From Thermoproteota archaeon (GTDB lineage Archaea; Thermoproteota; Bathyarchaeia; Bathyarchaeales; Bathyarchaeaceae), in contig JBHORG010000005.1 of the NCBI GenBank assembly GCA_042565955.1, positions 14,025 to 78,024 of the forward strand: 64,000 nt of DNA, written 5' to 3'. Position 1 is the first letter of the stretch. Every line of letters begins with the position of its first letter. Positions 1 to 9,380 of the stretch are shown here, in pieces. Below the pieces are notes generated by a model, which did not search any database, was not told the DNA's origin, and saw only the letters and a list, made by a program, of their open reading frames with translations. A program made the position numbers and the translations under genes.

Positions 1-625
1 TCTCTAAAATCTGCTTTACCGAACTATCAATAATATCCTTGGGGATTACCCAAGAATTGTCACCAATTACTGGTTGGATAAAAAAGTAGTCGGCTCCAAT
101 GTTTCTTATTGTCTCAAAGACTTGCTGTAACTCTTGAAAGTTGTGTTTGTTTAGAACAAAATTTACACCAATAGCACATGAACGAGGCTTTGTTTCTGCA
201 AGAATTTTTAGGCCTCGAATCGCTCCATCATATGCTCCTTTTTTGCCCCGCAGTTCATCATGTGTATCAGATAAACCATCCAAAGATATCGATATGGATT
301 GTAACAAATTAACGAGTTTCTTGGCTCTTGATTTTGTCATTAAAGTTCCATTCGTACTTAATGTGACAATTAATCCCTTGTCCACAGCGTATTCTATTAT
401 GTCTTCGAGGTCATTTCTAAGTAAGGCTTCTCCTCCTGTGAGGCCAATGGTCATAACATCGGCGTCAGCTAGGTTATCAATGACAGTTTTTGCCTCGCTT
501 AAAGTTAGGTCTTTTTCTAGTTTATCACGATAGATTAATTGTCTATCGCAGAAGAAACAATTTAGATTGCACTTGTAGGTTACATCCCACGCGACAAACA
601 TAGGTGATGGGATTTTCAATTTCAT
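1..625 (-). CDS. radical SAM enzyme (N-terminal 208 aa; 3' end lies beyond the window edge)
   Basis: Absent from the ORF track because it runs off base 1. Manual reverse translation from ATG at 625..623 gives MKLKIPSPMFVAWDVTYKCNLNCFFCDRQLIYRD...GLTGGEALLRNDLEDII...SISLDGLSDTHDELRGKKGAYD, open to base 1. CNLNCFFC is the CxxxCxxC radical-SAM cluster motif and GLTGGEAL is a GGE-type SAM-binding motif. The listed + ORF 141..533 is its antisense shadow. Confidence 0.8.
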   Translation of the reverse strand, partial: MKLKIPSPMFVAWDVTYKCNLNCFFCDRQLIYRDKLEKDLTLSEAKTVIDNLADADVMTIGLTGGEALLRNDLEDIIEYAVDKGLIVTLSTNGTLMTKSRAKKLVNLLQSISISLDGLSDTHDELRGKKGAYDGAIRGLKILAETKPRSCAIGVNFVLNKHNFQELQQVFETIRNIGADYFFIQPVIGDNSWVIPKDIIDSSVKQILE

Positions 626-706
626 TTTTGAATAGAGCCTAAATGTTCGCAACAAGGGTATATTTAGTTTAAGTGGGTTCATGTTTACCATTGATTTCTT
701 TGCTCC

Positions 707-1807
707 CTATTGCATGGCTCCGTTTTTTGCGCAAATATGACAGATTGTTTTTTTCTTTGTGGTTTTCTCACTAGTAACTCTTTCTCTTGAAGATCTGTAA
801 GCATCGTTATTCCATATTGCAGAAAATCCTTCTTTGAGTGCGTTGCCAAAGCCCCATTTTCCCCCGTATACATTACAACATGGAAAGATGCTTCCATCCC
901 AGTTCATTACAGACCTTGTCCATAAAGATGAACAATCATTGCTGAGTGCTTTTTTCCTTCGCTTCAAAGCATTAGAGTAAGCGGAATAACGCTCATCATG
1001 AGGTAACCACTCTTTCACATTTTCAAATTGAGACTTAGAATTCAGAAAGAATCTCTGACTCATATCACAGAGAAGTTTCGCAAATTCTATATGATCAACA
1101 CCAATTTCGTTAGCTAATCTCTTTGCCATAGGCATCTCCTTTTCAGTGAATCTTGTTACAAAAAACTTCCATTGTAAGAGAGGTTTTCGAAGATTTAGAG
1201 TTCGTTTTTCTTTTACAATTTTTTTTATGTTTCCAATTACCATTTTAAAATTGTTTCCTCGTTGATAGCTTTCAACAGTTTCCTGACTTGCCCCATCTAG
1301 CGACACCATCAATATGTTTAATCCAGACTGCATCAGTTCCCTGCAAACTATGTCATCAAAAATGTTCAAGTTCGAACTTGTGGTTACTATAATGTTACGG
1401 TCTCGTGCGTATCGAACCATTTTAAAAAATTCTTTGTTTAGAAATGGTTCGCCCCAATTATACAACTCCACGATTAGCAGGTAGTCTCCGAGTTCGTCAA
1501 TGATTCTTTTAAAATTCTTAAAGGAAAGAAAACCTTTGGGTAGCCCTTCTTTTTCTTGACCTGTTGGACATAACGAACAGCGTAAAGGGCAAAAGTTGCC
1601 AGTTTCAATGGTCAAGTGGTATGGAAATCCCGAGACATATGGTGTTTTCAAAAACCGATGTTGAAATTCGACCAGAAAAAAATTGAAAATTGCTTTGGGC
1701 CTAATTAAAATACCAATGAGGTCTTTAGGCTGATCTTTAATGAATGAAAGAAAGTGATTGATTTCGTTTCGACCAAACCTAAATTCTCTTGTACTCATTC
1801 TAGTCAA
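707..1807 (-). CDS. radical SAM / SPASM-domain protein
   Basis: 366-aa ORF. TIETGNFCPLRCSLCPTG is a CxxxCxxC motif. The Cys-rich C-terminus (CSSLW...GSIFPCCNVYG...ICHICAKNG) fits a SPASM/twitch auxiliary-cluster domain. ATG at 1798 is an alternative to the TTG at 1807. Confidence 0.8.
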   Translation of the reverse strand: MTRMSTREFRFGRNEINHFLSFIKDQPKDLIGILIRPKAIFNFFLVEFQHRFLKTPYVSGFPYHLTIETGNFCPLRCSLCPTGQEKEGLPKGFLSFKNFKRIIDELGDYLLIVELYNWGEPFLNKEFFKMVRYARDRNIIVTTSSNLNIFDDIVCRELMQSGLNILMVSLDGASQETVESYQRGNNFKMVIGNIKKIVKEKRTLNLRKPLLQWKFFVTRFTEKEMPMAKRLANEIGVDHIEFAKLLCDMSQRFFLNSKSQFENVKEWLPHDERYSAYSNALKRRKKALSNDCSSLWTRSVMNWDGSIFPCCNVYGGKWGFGNALKEGFSAIWNNDAYRSSRERVTSEKTTKKKTICHICAKNGAMQ

Positions 1808-1978
1808 ACCAGTTCACTTTGTAGGTTCGTTATTAATAATCATTTTTTAATCTCTGGAAGGTTTTTAACTGGTTTTGTTAAGACTTCTCTAATCACCCGC
1901 CTCAATAAGCTCTTAGAAGAAAAGGGATAAGCTCGAGTGCCTCATAATTAAATAAACTTAAACGATTGGGATAGACCA

Positions 1979-3100
1979 ATGTCTAATTCAAAACAATATG
2001 ATGTTGCATTTTTGAGCAATACTTACGGCGGGGTGCTGACATATACAAAGAATTTGATCAAAGAGATCTCTAGAAACCGGTTTACAGTGAGCGTTTATTT
2101 TATTGCACGCTCTATTGAGTTTCAAAAAAGTGATTTTGGACAGAATGTTAATTTTCTAACTATCGCAAATTTGGCTCTAAATCCCCTGGCATTATTCCGT
2201 TTTTTTAGCAGTAAGGCCCATTTGATTAACGCAAATTTTGCAGGAGTCGGAATTTTAGCTGTTTTCTCAAAGTTTGCGTTTAATACCCCTTTTGTACTAA
2301 CATTACATGGTTTTCCACAGCCTTTGTCAAACCAGAGAATTACTGAAAGGATTAAATACTCAATTGAAAAAAAATTAATGCGTTTTGTTGGTAAACGTGC
2401 ATCCGCAATAGTAGTTGTATCCAATTATGAAAAAGAGATACTCATGTCCAATTTTGGCTTAAAATCAGAAGTTATTCATCATGGAATCGATCAATCATTA
2501 ATCAAACCTTTTGATAAAAAATGGGCAAAAGAAGAAATTGGATTTAAAGAAACAGATTTTGTTGTACTTTTTGTGGGTAAACTCATTCCACCTAAAGATC
2601 CAGTAACATTGATAAAATCGATCAACCACGCTTCAAAAAAACGAGAAGACCTTAAATTGATAATTGTAGGAACTGGAGAACTTAATGAAGAGATTCGTAG
2701 CAAAACTAAAAGACTTGAACTTGAAAATCGAGTTAGATTCTTCGGATTCATAAAAAAAGATATCTTAAGGATATGTTATAGCGCCGCGGACTTGTTCGTC
2801 CTTCCTTCAGTAAATGAACCTTTTGGAATAGTCTTACTCGAAGCTATGGCTTTTGGTTTACCGATAATAGCTTCTGATTCAGGGGCATGCCCTGAAGTTA
2901 TTGGGAATGCTGGTGTGCTCTTTAAACAAGGAGATTATCAAGATTTGGGAGAGAAAATTCTTAAAGTGATGACAAATTTGAGATTAAGAAGACAATTAGT
3001 AGAACTGGGTCTAAAACGGGTTAAACAAGTCTTTTCTAATGAAGAGCATATAAGAAAGCACATTAATCTTTACAAAAACGTACTAAAATCAGATATATAG
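1979..3100 (+). CDS. glycosyltransferase, GT4 family (GT-B fold)
   Basis: 373 aa, ATG start. The C-terminal motif EPFGIVLLEAMAFGLPIIASDSGACPEVI is typical of Glycos_transf_1 / GT4 enzymes. Divergent from the two radical SAM genes. Confidence 0.85.
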   Translation: MSNSKQYDVAFLSNTYGGVLTYTKNLIKEISRNRFTVSVYFIARSIEFQKSDFGQNVNFLTIANLALNPLALFRFFSSKAHLINANFAGVGILAVFSKFAFNTPFVLTLHGFPQPLSNQRITERIKYSIEKKLMRFVGKRASAIVVVSNYEKEILMSNFGLKSEVIHHGIDQSLIKPFDKKWAKEEIGFKETDFVVLFVGKLIPPKDPVTLIKSINHASKKREDLKLIIVGTGELNEEIRSKTKRLELENRVRFFGFIKKDILRICYSAADLFVLPSVNEPFGIVLLEAMAFGLPIIASDSGACPEVIGNAGVLFKQGDYQDLGEKILKVMTNLRLRRQLVELGLKRVKQVFSNEEHIRKHINLYKNVLKSDI

Positions 3101-3453
3101 TTGCCTTTCTCAAAAAAGGTGCCTTCTCCAGATGTTATGATAACAGACCACTCAGAAAAAAACATGTTTAAAGTGGTAGTTCAAAGGAATTGAGAAAAAG
3201 CTCGTTTTCTTATTCACTATTCAGGTTTTATTCATGTGCTATCAATTGAAGACTTACCATAATCTGATGTGGGTGAGTTTTTTAGTTTATAGTTTATTGT
3301 ATTCCGTTTTTCGTTTTGTAAAAAGAGTGTAGATAGGTAAAGGAATATGTGGGAAGAGAATCATCTAGAAAAAAGAAGGTTTGAGGCGCAATGGATTTGG
3401 ATATCCAAACCGCCGAATATATACCTTAGATAATACCTAAGCTATTTGCTGAT

Positions 3454-5655
3454 TTACAGTCCAGTTCTGTATCTGTTCATTAGTTCCTGTCTTTTGCCGC
3501 TGTTCCATCCGCTAACTGCCTGATAGTATCCAGTTACTCTTGACCACCATTCTACAGAGCTAGAGTTACAATGGGGGCATTGTTCGCGCATTGGTGAAGT
3601 GACTTTTCCGCAGTTGCTACATATGGTCAGGTCCTTGGTGTAGGCGTAGTAGCCGATGTTACTTTTCATGGTGATTCGTTTGGTCAGTTTGTATAGGGCT
3701 TCAGGGTCTGGATTAGCATCTCCCAGCCAAATGTGTAGCATGTTTCCGCCGTTCAAGAGTGGGAAGAACTTCTGCTCGATGTTCATCCGGTCAAACAATC
3801 CAATCTTGGCGCCTACATCAACGTGCGTTCCGTTACTGTAGTAGATAGGAACATCCTTCTTCCGGTCAGTAAGGAGAACCTTGGCTTTCCCCACATCTCC
3901 TTTAATGAGTTTCTCTGCAGGTTCTCGATAACCATTTGTTAGCAGATCAGCTATCGCGAATCTCTGGGCGGTAGATTCTGCGGGAGTCCGAGCTAATGCG
4001 ATTTTGTAGCCGCTCTTCGCTTCAAGTTCTTTCTTGTATTTCTGCATCTCTATAATCAGCTTGATAAGAATCTTTACTGATTCATTGTTTTCGTGCAATT
4101 GATAGCCTGTGTGATATTGAGCCATCTCGTTTCCACCCACAAGACCAATTGTGAATGTTAACGCATCAAAGTCCACTGCCGTAGTTCCCTTCTCTTTGGT
4201 TCTTGGATCCAAAGGTTGCTGTGTAGCGAAAGGTATCCTATCGTGTTTCAAGGCAAGGTTCATCCACTTCTTTTTGGCTTTGAAAACGTCAAGAGCTGAA
4301 TCCATCAGTCTACGAGTTTCCTCAAAGAGTAACTCATCATTTCCGTTGGCTTTGTAGGCAAGTCGTGGAAGATTCAAGCTAGTAACCTGCCAGCTTCCCA
4401 TCGTGAAATGTTTTCCTTCGTTAAAGTATAATTTATCGTAGAAGTCTTCGCTATCTTCAGGAGTTTCAACAAAACAGTAAGCACAGCATTGGTAACAAGA
4501 GACCCCTTTGCCGTAGCCTCTGTAAGCAGGCATCAAGTTATCAAAGTAGGGAAGCCCAAACTTGGCTACAACCTTGTGAACATCAAGCCACACATCATCA
4601 TATTCGGGCTTGAAGAACTCAGGACTTAAAGAATTTTCAAGCTTTGGAAAGTTAAAGGGCTTTCCCCAGTAATCGCCTTTACCAGCTACATCATAAAGGG
4701 CACGGAACATCATTCGGACTTCATCTTCGTAGTTTCCGTACACATCCGGTCCAATACGTCCATTCTTTACAATAGGAACGTTTTTCCACAGGTCAGGAAC
4801 TCCGGGTTGCACCTGAATGTTACTGAAGACCAGTTGTCCGCCTCTAGCAACGTATGCCTGAGTGTACTCAAAGAACATCATTTGCATAAGCTGACGGGCT
4901 CGCTCGTAGCTCACACCTCTAAAATAGGGGGCAAGAAAAACTAAAAAGTTGTAGAACCCTTCGCCACCAGCAAAGTTTGTCTGAGCAGAAGCTAAAATCT
5001 TAGCGGTGTGTAGAATAGCAACTTCCGGATGCTTAGCGGGACCAGCGATGCTTGTTCGGGTGCCTAGTCCGTCAGGCATCAAACCATAATAAAAGAAGTA
5101 ACGAAGATCCCAATCTTGACAGAAGGGTCTAGTTCCGAAATATTCTAGGTCGTGTATATGAAGGTCTCCTGAAAGGTGAGCATCAGCAATCTTTGGAGGC
5201 ATTAGTAGAAGGTATTCTTCTCCTGAAACCCAATCTGCTTTTCTTTTGTGAGCAGTTTCGGGATTAGGTTGAAGATTGGCGTTTTCTTTTGCTTTAAAAC
5301 CCTTTCCAACATCCATCAGGTACGCGTTATAGACGGGAGCGCCCACTCGAGTCAAAATGTTTCTGTAAAGGGCAAACTCGGGCTTTTGTGCAGATTTGGA
5401 GAGAAGAACATTGTTTACTAGTTCCCGGATAAGTGGACCACTGATGAACTTGAGATCCAAGTCAAAGACTTTCTGTTCCACCTCATTTGCTATCTCTTCA
5501 GCCTCTTGTCGGTTTATGGCTCTTATTTCATAGAATTGTTCAGCCAGTTTTGTTTCGGTAAGGAGCTGTTCTACTATTTGGCTTCTATTCCAGGGTATAA
5601 TGAAGCCGTCGGTTCCCCTAACCATTGGTCTACTTTTTTGAAGTATCTCAGTCAT
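3454..5655 (-). CDS. nrdD: anaerobic ribonucleoside-triphosphate reductase (class III RNR, catalytic subunit)
   Basis: 733 aa. Has an N-terminal ATP-cone-like segment and the core motif ADAHLSGDLHIHDLE. A C-terminal Zn ribbon (CSNCGK...CPHC) is followed by the glycyl-radical loop SRVTGYY. Confidence 0.92.
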   Translation of the reverse strand: MTEILQKSRPMVRGTDGFIIPWNRSQIVEQLLTETKLAEQFYEIRAINRQEAEEIANEVEQKVFDLDLKFISGPLIRELVNNVLLSKSAQKPEFALYRNILTRVGAPVYNAYLMDVGKGFKAKENANLQPNPETAHKRKADWVSGEEYLLLMPPKIADAHLSGDLHIHDLEYFGTRPFCQDWDLRYFFYYGLMPDGLGTRTSIAGPAKHPEVAILHTAKILASAQTNFAGGEGFYNFLVFLAPYFRGVSYERARQLMQMMFFEYTQAYVARGGQLVFSNIQVQPGVPDLWKNVPIVKNGRIGPDVYGNYEDEVRMMFRALYDVAGKGDYWGKPFNFPKLENSLSPEFFKPEYDDVWLDVHKVVAKFGLPYFDNLMPAYRGYGKGVSCYQCCAYCFVETPEDSEDFYDKLYFNEGKHFTMGSWQVTSLNLPRLAYKANGNDELLFEETRRLMDSALDVFKAKKKWMNLALKHDRIPFATQQPLDPRTKEKGTTAVDFDALTFTIGLVGGNEMAQYHTGYQLHENNESVKILIKLIIEMQKYKKELEAKSGYKIALARTPAESTAQRFAIADLLTNGYREPAEKLIKGDVGKAKVLLTDRKKDVPIYYSNGTHVDVGAKIGLFDRMNIEQKFFPLLNGGNMLHIWLGDANPDPEALYKLTKRITMKSNIGYYAYTKDLTICSNCGKVTSPMREQCPHCNSSSVEWWSRVTGYYQAVSGWNSGKRQELMNRYRTGL

Positions 5656-5656
5656 T

Positions 5657-5962
5657 TCAGATGGCCTCGAATACTTTTGAGAAATGTGGTTTGATCAGGC
5701 CATCACTTTCGAATATTTGGTTATCTGTGTAAACTTCCCCGTTAATTTCTAAGGCTGGCGCAGACATCACAACAAAGTTTCTCATTACTAGATTGGTCAT
5801 TACATTGGAGTCCTCTAGATTTTTCTCTTCAAAAATTGTGTTTTTGTTCTTTAACCATTTTTTTAGCATATCACATCTAGTGCATCCACTGGTTGTGTAT
5901 ACCACTACGCCATCGGCGGATGGATGCGCAGGAGTGCTGCCAAAGTCTTTTATTAAGCCCAT
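5657..5962 (-). CDS. glutaredoxin/NrdH-like thioredoxin-fold protein
   Basis: 101 aa. VVVYTTSGCTRCDMLKKWL carries a CxxC redox motif in a Grx-like context. Its stop lies 1 nt from the nrdD start on the same strand, so the two are likely co-transcribed. Confidence 0.75.
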   Translation of the reverse strand: MGLIKDFGSTPAHPSADGVVVYTTSGCTRCDMLKKWLKNKNTIFEEKNLEDSNVMTNLVMRNFVVMSAPALEINGEVYTDNQIFESDGLIKPHFSKVFEAI

Positions 5963-6205
5963 GAAAAATACCTCTTTTATTTGCGAGATAAAAACATTTA
6001 GTGAATTATACTATATTTAATTTTTTAGTCCTAATAGTATAAAATTCTGTATAAGCATCAAAACAAATTAACATTTAGACATACTTCCAACCCAAATCAA
6101 AAGGCAAAACAATAGACCTCTATTGATCAAGATGTATTTTTCATTATATATAGGGGTCGAACATCCAAAATAGCCATAACATATAGAAAAAAAATACATT
6201 TTTGA

Positions 6206-8428
6206 TCATAAACGACTAAAAGATTGAAGTAAATAAACAGAACCACATGAAGGACACCGCTCTAGTTTGCCATAAAAAATCTTCTGACAACTCGCACAAT
6301 AGGCAATGCTCCGATTGAACACATATAATCCAACATTATAGTTACCTGCAACATTTCTGGTAATGGACAACAAATCATCAGGCTTTTGTGACTCATCAGT
6401 AAGTGGGATAACAGACAGGTGACCTCCAGGAGTCAAATGGTGAAATTGTTCCTCCACTTTTAGTCGTTCTTTCCATGAGACGTCAACGCCTAAAGGCAAC
6501 GCTACCAAATCAGTATAGAAGGGCATTTCTCTGGTGCCTTGAGCACGAACCTTTACCCACCCATACGTCTCTGCATCAAGTTCTGCCAATCTTTTTGCAG
6601 CTTCAGCAGCGGGCACCATAGCTAAAGAAGCTCGAGTCTCAGGTTTCTTTGAATATTTCTCAATATCACTAGAGAGATATGACACAATTTTTTTTGCAAA
6701 ATCGAGAGTTTCACCCTCCTGTTTTAGGGGTTTTTCAAAGAAAGATTGGACGGTTTCGTTCAAACCAACAAAGCTAACGAGGCGAACAGCATTTTCGCTT
6801 CTAAAGTATTGGTCCCCATCAGTTTTTTGCATAAGGAATGGGAGCAAATGTTCACGTTCTCTCTGTTTGATTGTACGATATTTTATTTCAAGAGCCTTTA
6901 ATGCCAATTCCAATTGATCATCTAGGATTCGAAAGAATTTGTTCTCTCTGCCTCCTGCTTCATACATGACTCTGGGCAGATTAATTATAACGCTATCCAC
7001 GCTTCCTGTCTGCATAGTGTCTAGTTCCCAATCTCCTCTCCAGTCAGAAGCTAATCTGAATCCCATTGAAGTGTAAGATGCGTTTTCCTGCTCTGAAGAA
7101 CATAGGTTAGCAAAGTATGGAAGACCGTTTTCTGCGAGTTTGTGTGCCTCAATAAGAAGAGGGGCACATTTTGGATCTGTAAGGACCTCAGGGCGTAACT
7201 TTATTATTAAACATGGATTGAAAACAGGTTTATTCACGTCATCCTGAAGCATAACTTCAAAGAGGAGTGAAGCAAAACGACGACTTTCCTCAACAAAATC
7301 TCCGTAACATCCAACGTTTTTTCCTCCAGGTCCAATTGCTTCCTTCTCGCTCAGAAAGTCTGGAACAACAAGTTCAATACCCAAGGAAGCCCCAACTGAG
7401 TTCCCATTGGATATTGATTGATTCAAGTTAGAGATGAAGAGTCGAAGCCCTTCCCTGATTCGTTCCTCCGATATGTTTTTAGTGAAAGGGGCCAAAAAGA
7501 TGTTAAAAAAATCTAAGGCTTGTTCTCCTGAAGCTTCTGTAGAAGCAATTTTTAGGATGTTAGATGCAGTTATTAATGCAGCTTCGAGGCTTTTTGGCGG
7601 AAGATAAGAGGGTTCCTGAATGTTCGATCCTCCACGACTTAACCCATGCTTAAGGAAAAACCGTAGATTATGCATAAACTGGTCTGGTTTTAGAACCCAA
7701 GTACCAAGGTTCTTAAGATGTAAACCACCAGACAAATGTGCATCAGCAACATCCCGTGGAAGAACGTTAAGGAGAGTGTATTCTTCCATTACTGCGTCAG
7801 CTGCAAATTTGTGAATCGCCTCTACACTCTGGGACTTGGTTCCAGTTGCCACTATTAACTGGTAAACATCGAAAACTGGGAGTCCAAGTCGGGTTAGTTT
7901 GTGACGGTATTCTTCTAATCCCTTTTCAACTAGGATTGCGTTGACCATTTCTCGGATTAGAGGCGCGGTCAGGTATTTTGTTTTAAATTCTCCGAGTCGT
8001 TTTTCTGTTTCTCGAGCGATTTTTTGGGCTTGAAAAACAGGAACGTTTGCCTCTTTCACTAATGCTTCAACAATCTTGTTTCTGTCAAATTCTTCCATTG
8101 CAAGCCGAGAAGTTCTCACGAGGATCTTTTTTCTTTGGAAAAACTGTTGTTGAATGTCTTCTGTGAAGTTAATCATTGTTTTTCCGAGTTCGGTGAGTCG
8201 ATATTCTTTGTTGTCTACATCGGGTTCAATAAGGTCGGCGTTGAGGAGGTATTTTAGATGGTAAGCAAATCTTCCTGCATCTCTGCTTGGGTTTAGTTTT
8301 AGGACCTTCATGAGGTCAGTGTAAGATTGAGGACCCTTCTCTATTAGAGTGATAAGAAGTTGCATACGTAGAGAGGAAGATGCGGCCTTGAGAACTTTTA
8401 TTCCTGATTTTGGTCGACGCCTTGGCAT
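6206..8428 (-). CDS. NrdD-like protein with N-terminal winged-helix domain and ATP-cone; lacks glycyl-radical motif (probable non-catalytic paralogue)
   Basis: 740 aa. Residues ~20-95 look ArsR/wHTH-like (LRMQLLITLIEKGPQSYTDLMKVL...RFAYHLKYLLNADLIE...YRLTELG). An ATP-cone follows (KILVRTSRLAMEEFDRNKIVEALVKE...). The NrdD core shares ADAHLSGGLHLKNL with the neighbouring nrdD. The C-terminal Zn ribbon CASC...CPSC is followed only by GSVYLLQSFSRL-stop, with no RVxGY. Confidence 0.7.
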   Translation of the reverse strand: MPRRRPKSGIKVLKAASSSLRMQLLITLIEKGPQSYTDLMKVLKLNPSRDAGRFAYHLKYLLNADLIEPDVDNKEYRLTELGKTMINFTEDIQQQFFQRKKILVRTSRLAMEEFDRNKIVEALVKEANVPVFQAQKIARETEKRLGEFKTKYLTAPLIREMVNAILVEKGLEEYRHKLTRLGLPVFDVYQLIVATGTKSQSVEAIHKFAADAVMEEYTLLNVLPRDVADAHLSGGLHLKNLGTWVLKPDQFMHNLRFFLKHGLSRGGSNIQEPSYLPPKSLEAALITASNILKIASTEASGEQALDFFNIFLAPFTKNISEERIREGLRLFISNLNQSISNGNSVGASLGIELVVPDFLSEKEAIGPGGKNVGCYGDFVEESRRFASLLFEVMLQDDVNKPVFNPCLIIKLRPEVLTDPKCAPLLIEAHKLAENGLPYFANLCSSEQENASYTSMGFRLASDWRGDWELDTMQTGSVDSVIINLPRVMYEAGGRENKFFRILDDQLELALKALEIKYRTIKQREREHLLPFLMQKTDGDQYFRSENAVRLVSFVGLNETVQSFFEKPLKQEGETLDFAKKIVSYLSSDIEKYSKKPETRASLAMVPAAEAAKRLAELDAETYGWVKVRAQGTREMPFYTDLVALPLGVDVSWKERLKVEEQFHHLTPGGHLSVIPLTDESQKPDDLLSITRNVAGNYNVGLYVFNRSIAYCASCQKIFYGKLERCPSCGSVYLLQSFSRL

Positions 8429-8853
8429 AAATAATCACAATCACTATCTAGTACAATAGCCTAGTTTAAAAAATTAAAGTATAACACTAAAAGTTGTGGC
8501 ACCAAAGCTTGTCGGAAAAACATGAACAAACTAATAGAAAAATATGACCTACAACTGGACATTGTTTATGATGATGCTCGCTTTAACTATAAAAAATATG
8601 ACCAAGTGTAATACTAGAATTCAACAATAAACTAATATAGTGATAAGGGGAACCATCCAGTTTCTCAAGTTAATCATGAAAAGTTCAGAGCGTTCCTCTT
8701 TTCACTTCATCTCAGCTTAATTAACTTCAGTCGAGAGCCAAATGAGGTCTGAAAACATGAATTAAAACTTTAATTGTTTTCCGCGCAGATAGAATAGTCC
8801 TTATAGTTATAGAAAGATGGTGTAGGAAGATTAAATTAGACAAGAAGAATAAA

Positions 8854-9291
8854 TTGACGTTTCCTGGATCTGACACTATAAAATTGTTAAGTTTAATTAT
8901 TATTTTCACGTTTCTAGCTAATTTTTTCATATTTGTATCAGCTGTCAATGGTAGCGATACAATTTTTATCATGCCTTTAGGAGATTCCATAACTTTAGGC
9001 GATAACATGGGAGGTTCTAGACGAAAATTATTTCTGGACTTTGCAAATGTTGGTTTTAACGTTGATTTTGTTGGAAGCCTTTCAGATCCTGATTCACAGG
9101 AATTTGATATAGATCATGAGGGACATTCAGGTTGGCTTGCCGATCAAATAAAAGACAACGTGTATAATTGGCTTGAGTTAAATCCAGCGGACATTGTAAT
9201 ACTTCACATTGGAACAAATGACATCTCCCAAGGAGATGAAAATGTTAGGGAAGATCTTCCGAGTAGGAAACTTAGAGGTATAATTTTTTAG
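8854..9291 (+). CDS. SGNH/GDSL-family hydrolase, apparently C-terminally truncated (possible pseudogene)
   Basis: 145 aa with a TTG start and an N-terminal hydrophobic segment. Block I is IMPLGDSITLG, block II DHEGHSGW and block III ILHIGTNDIS. The ORF stops before the expected block V (DxxH), and no continuation is visible before the next gene. Confidence 0.55.
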   Translation: MTFPGSDTIKLLSLIIIFTFLANFFIFVSAVNGSDTIFIMPLGDSITLGDNMGGSRRKLFLDFANVGFNVDFVGSLSDPDSQEFDIDHEGHSGWLADQIKDNVYNWLELNPADIVILHIGTNDISQGDENVREDLPSRKLRGIIF

Positions 9292-9380
9292 GTTACTTTT
9301 TTGTTATTTAATTTGAAACCATTTAAATGAAATAGTATGAAAACATATCCGATTGAGCAAAGTATAATACGTTGTAATTG

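Noticed and set aside
141-533. 130-aa + strand ORF
   Set aside because: It is antisense to a well-supported radical SAM CDS (1..625, minus strand) and has no motifs of its own.
3396-3409. Perfect 14-bp palindrome TTTGGATATCCAAA, nested in GGCG...CGCC, about 45 nt downstream of the nrdD stop
   Set aside because: It is most simply a transcript-end hairpin. Nothing else supports a regulatory or mobile function.
8522-8611. 29-aa ORF (MNKLIEKYDLQLDIVYDDARFNYKKYDQV) upstream of the NrdD-like gene, with ATGATGA resembling a C box
   Set aside because: It is too short, has no RBS or conservation evidence, and no matching D box (CTGA) at the right spacing for a C/D sRNA.
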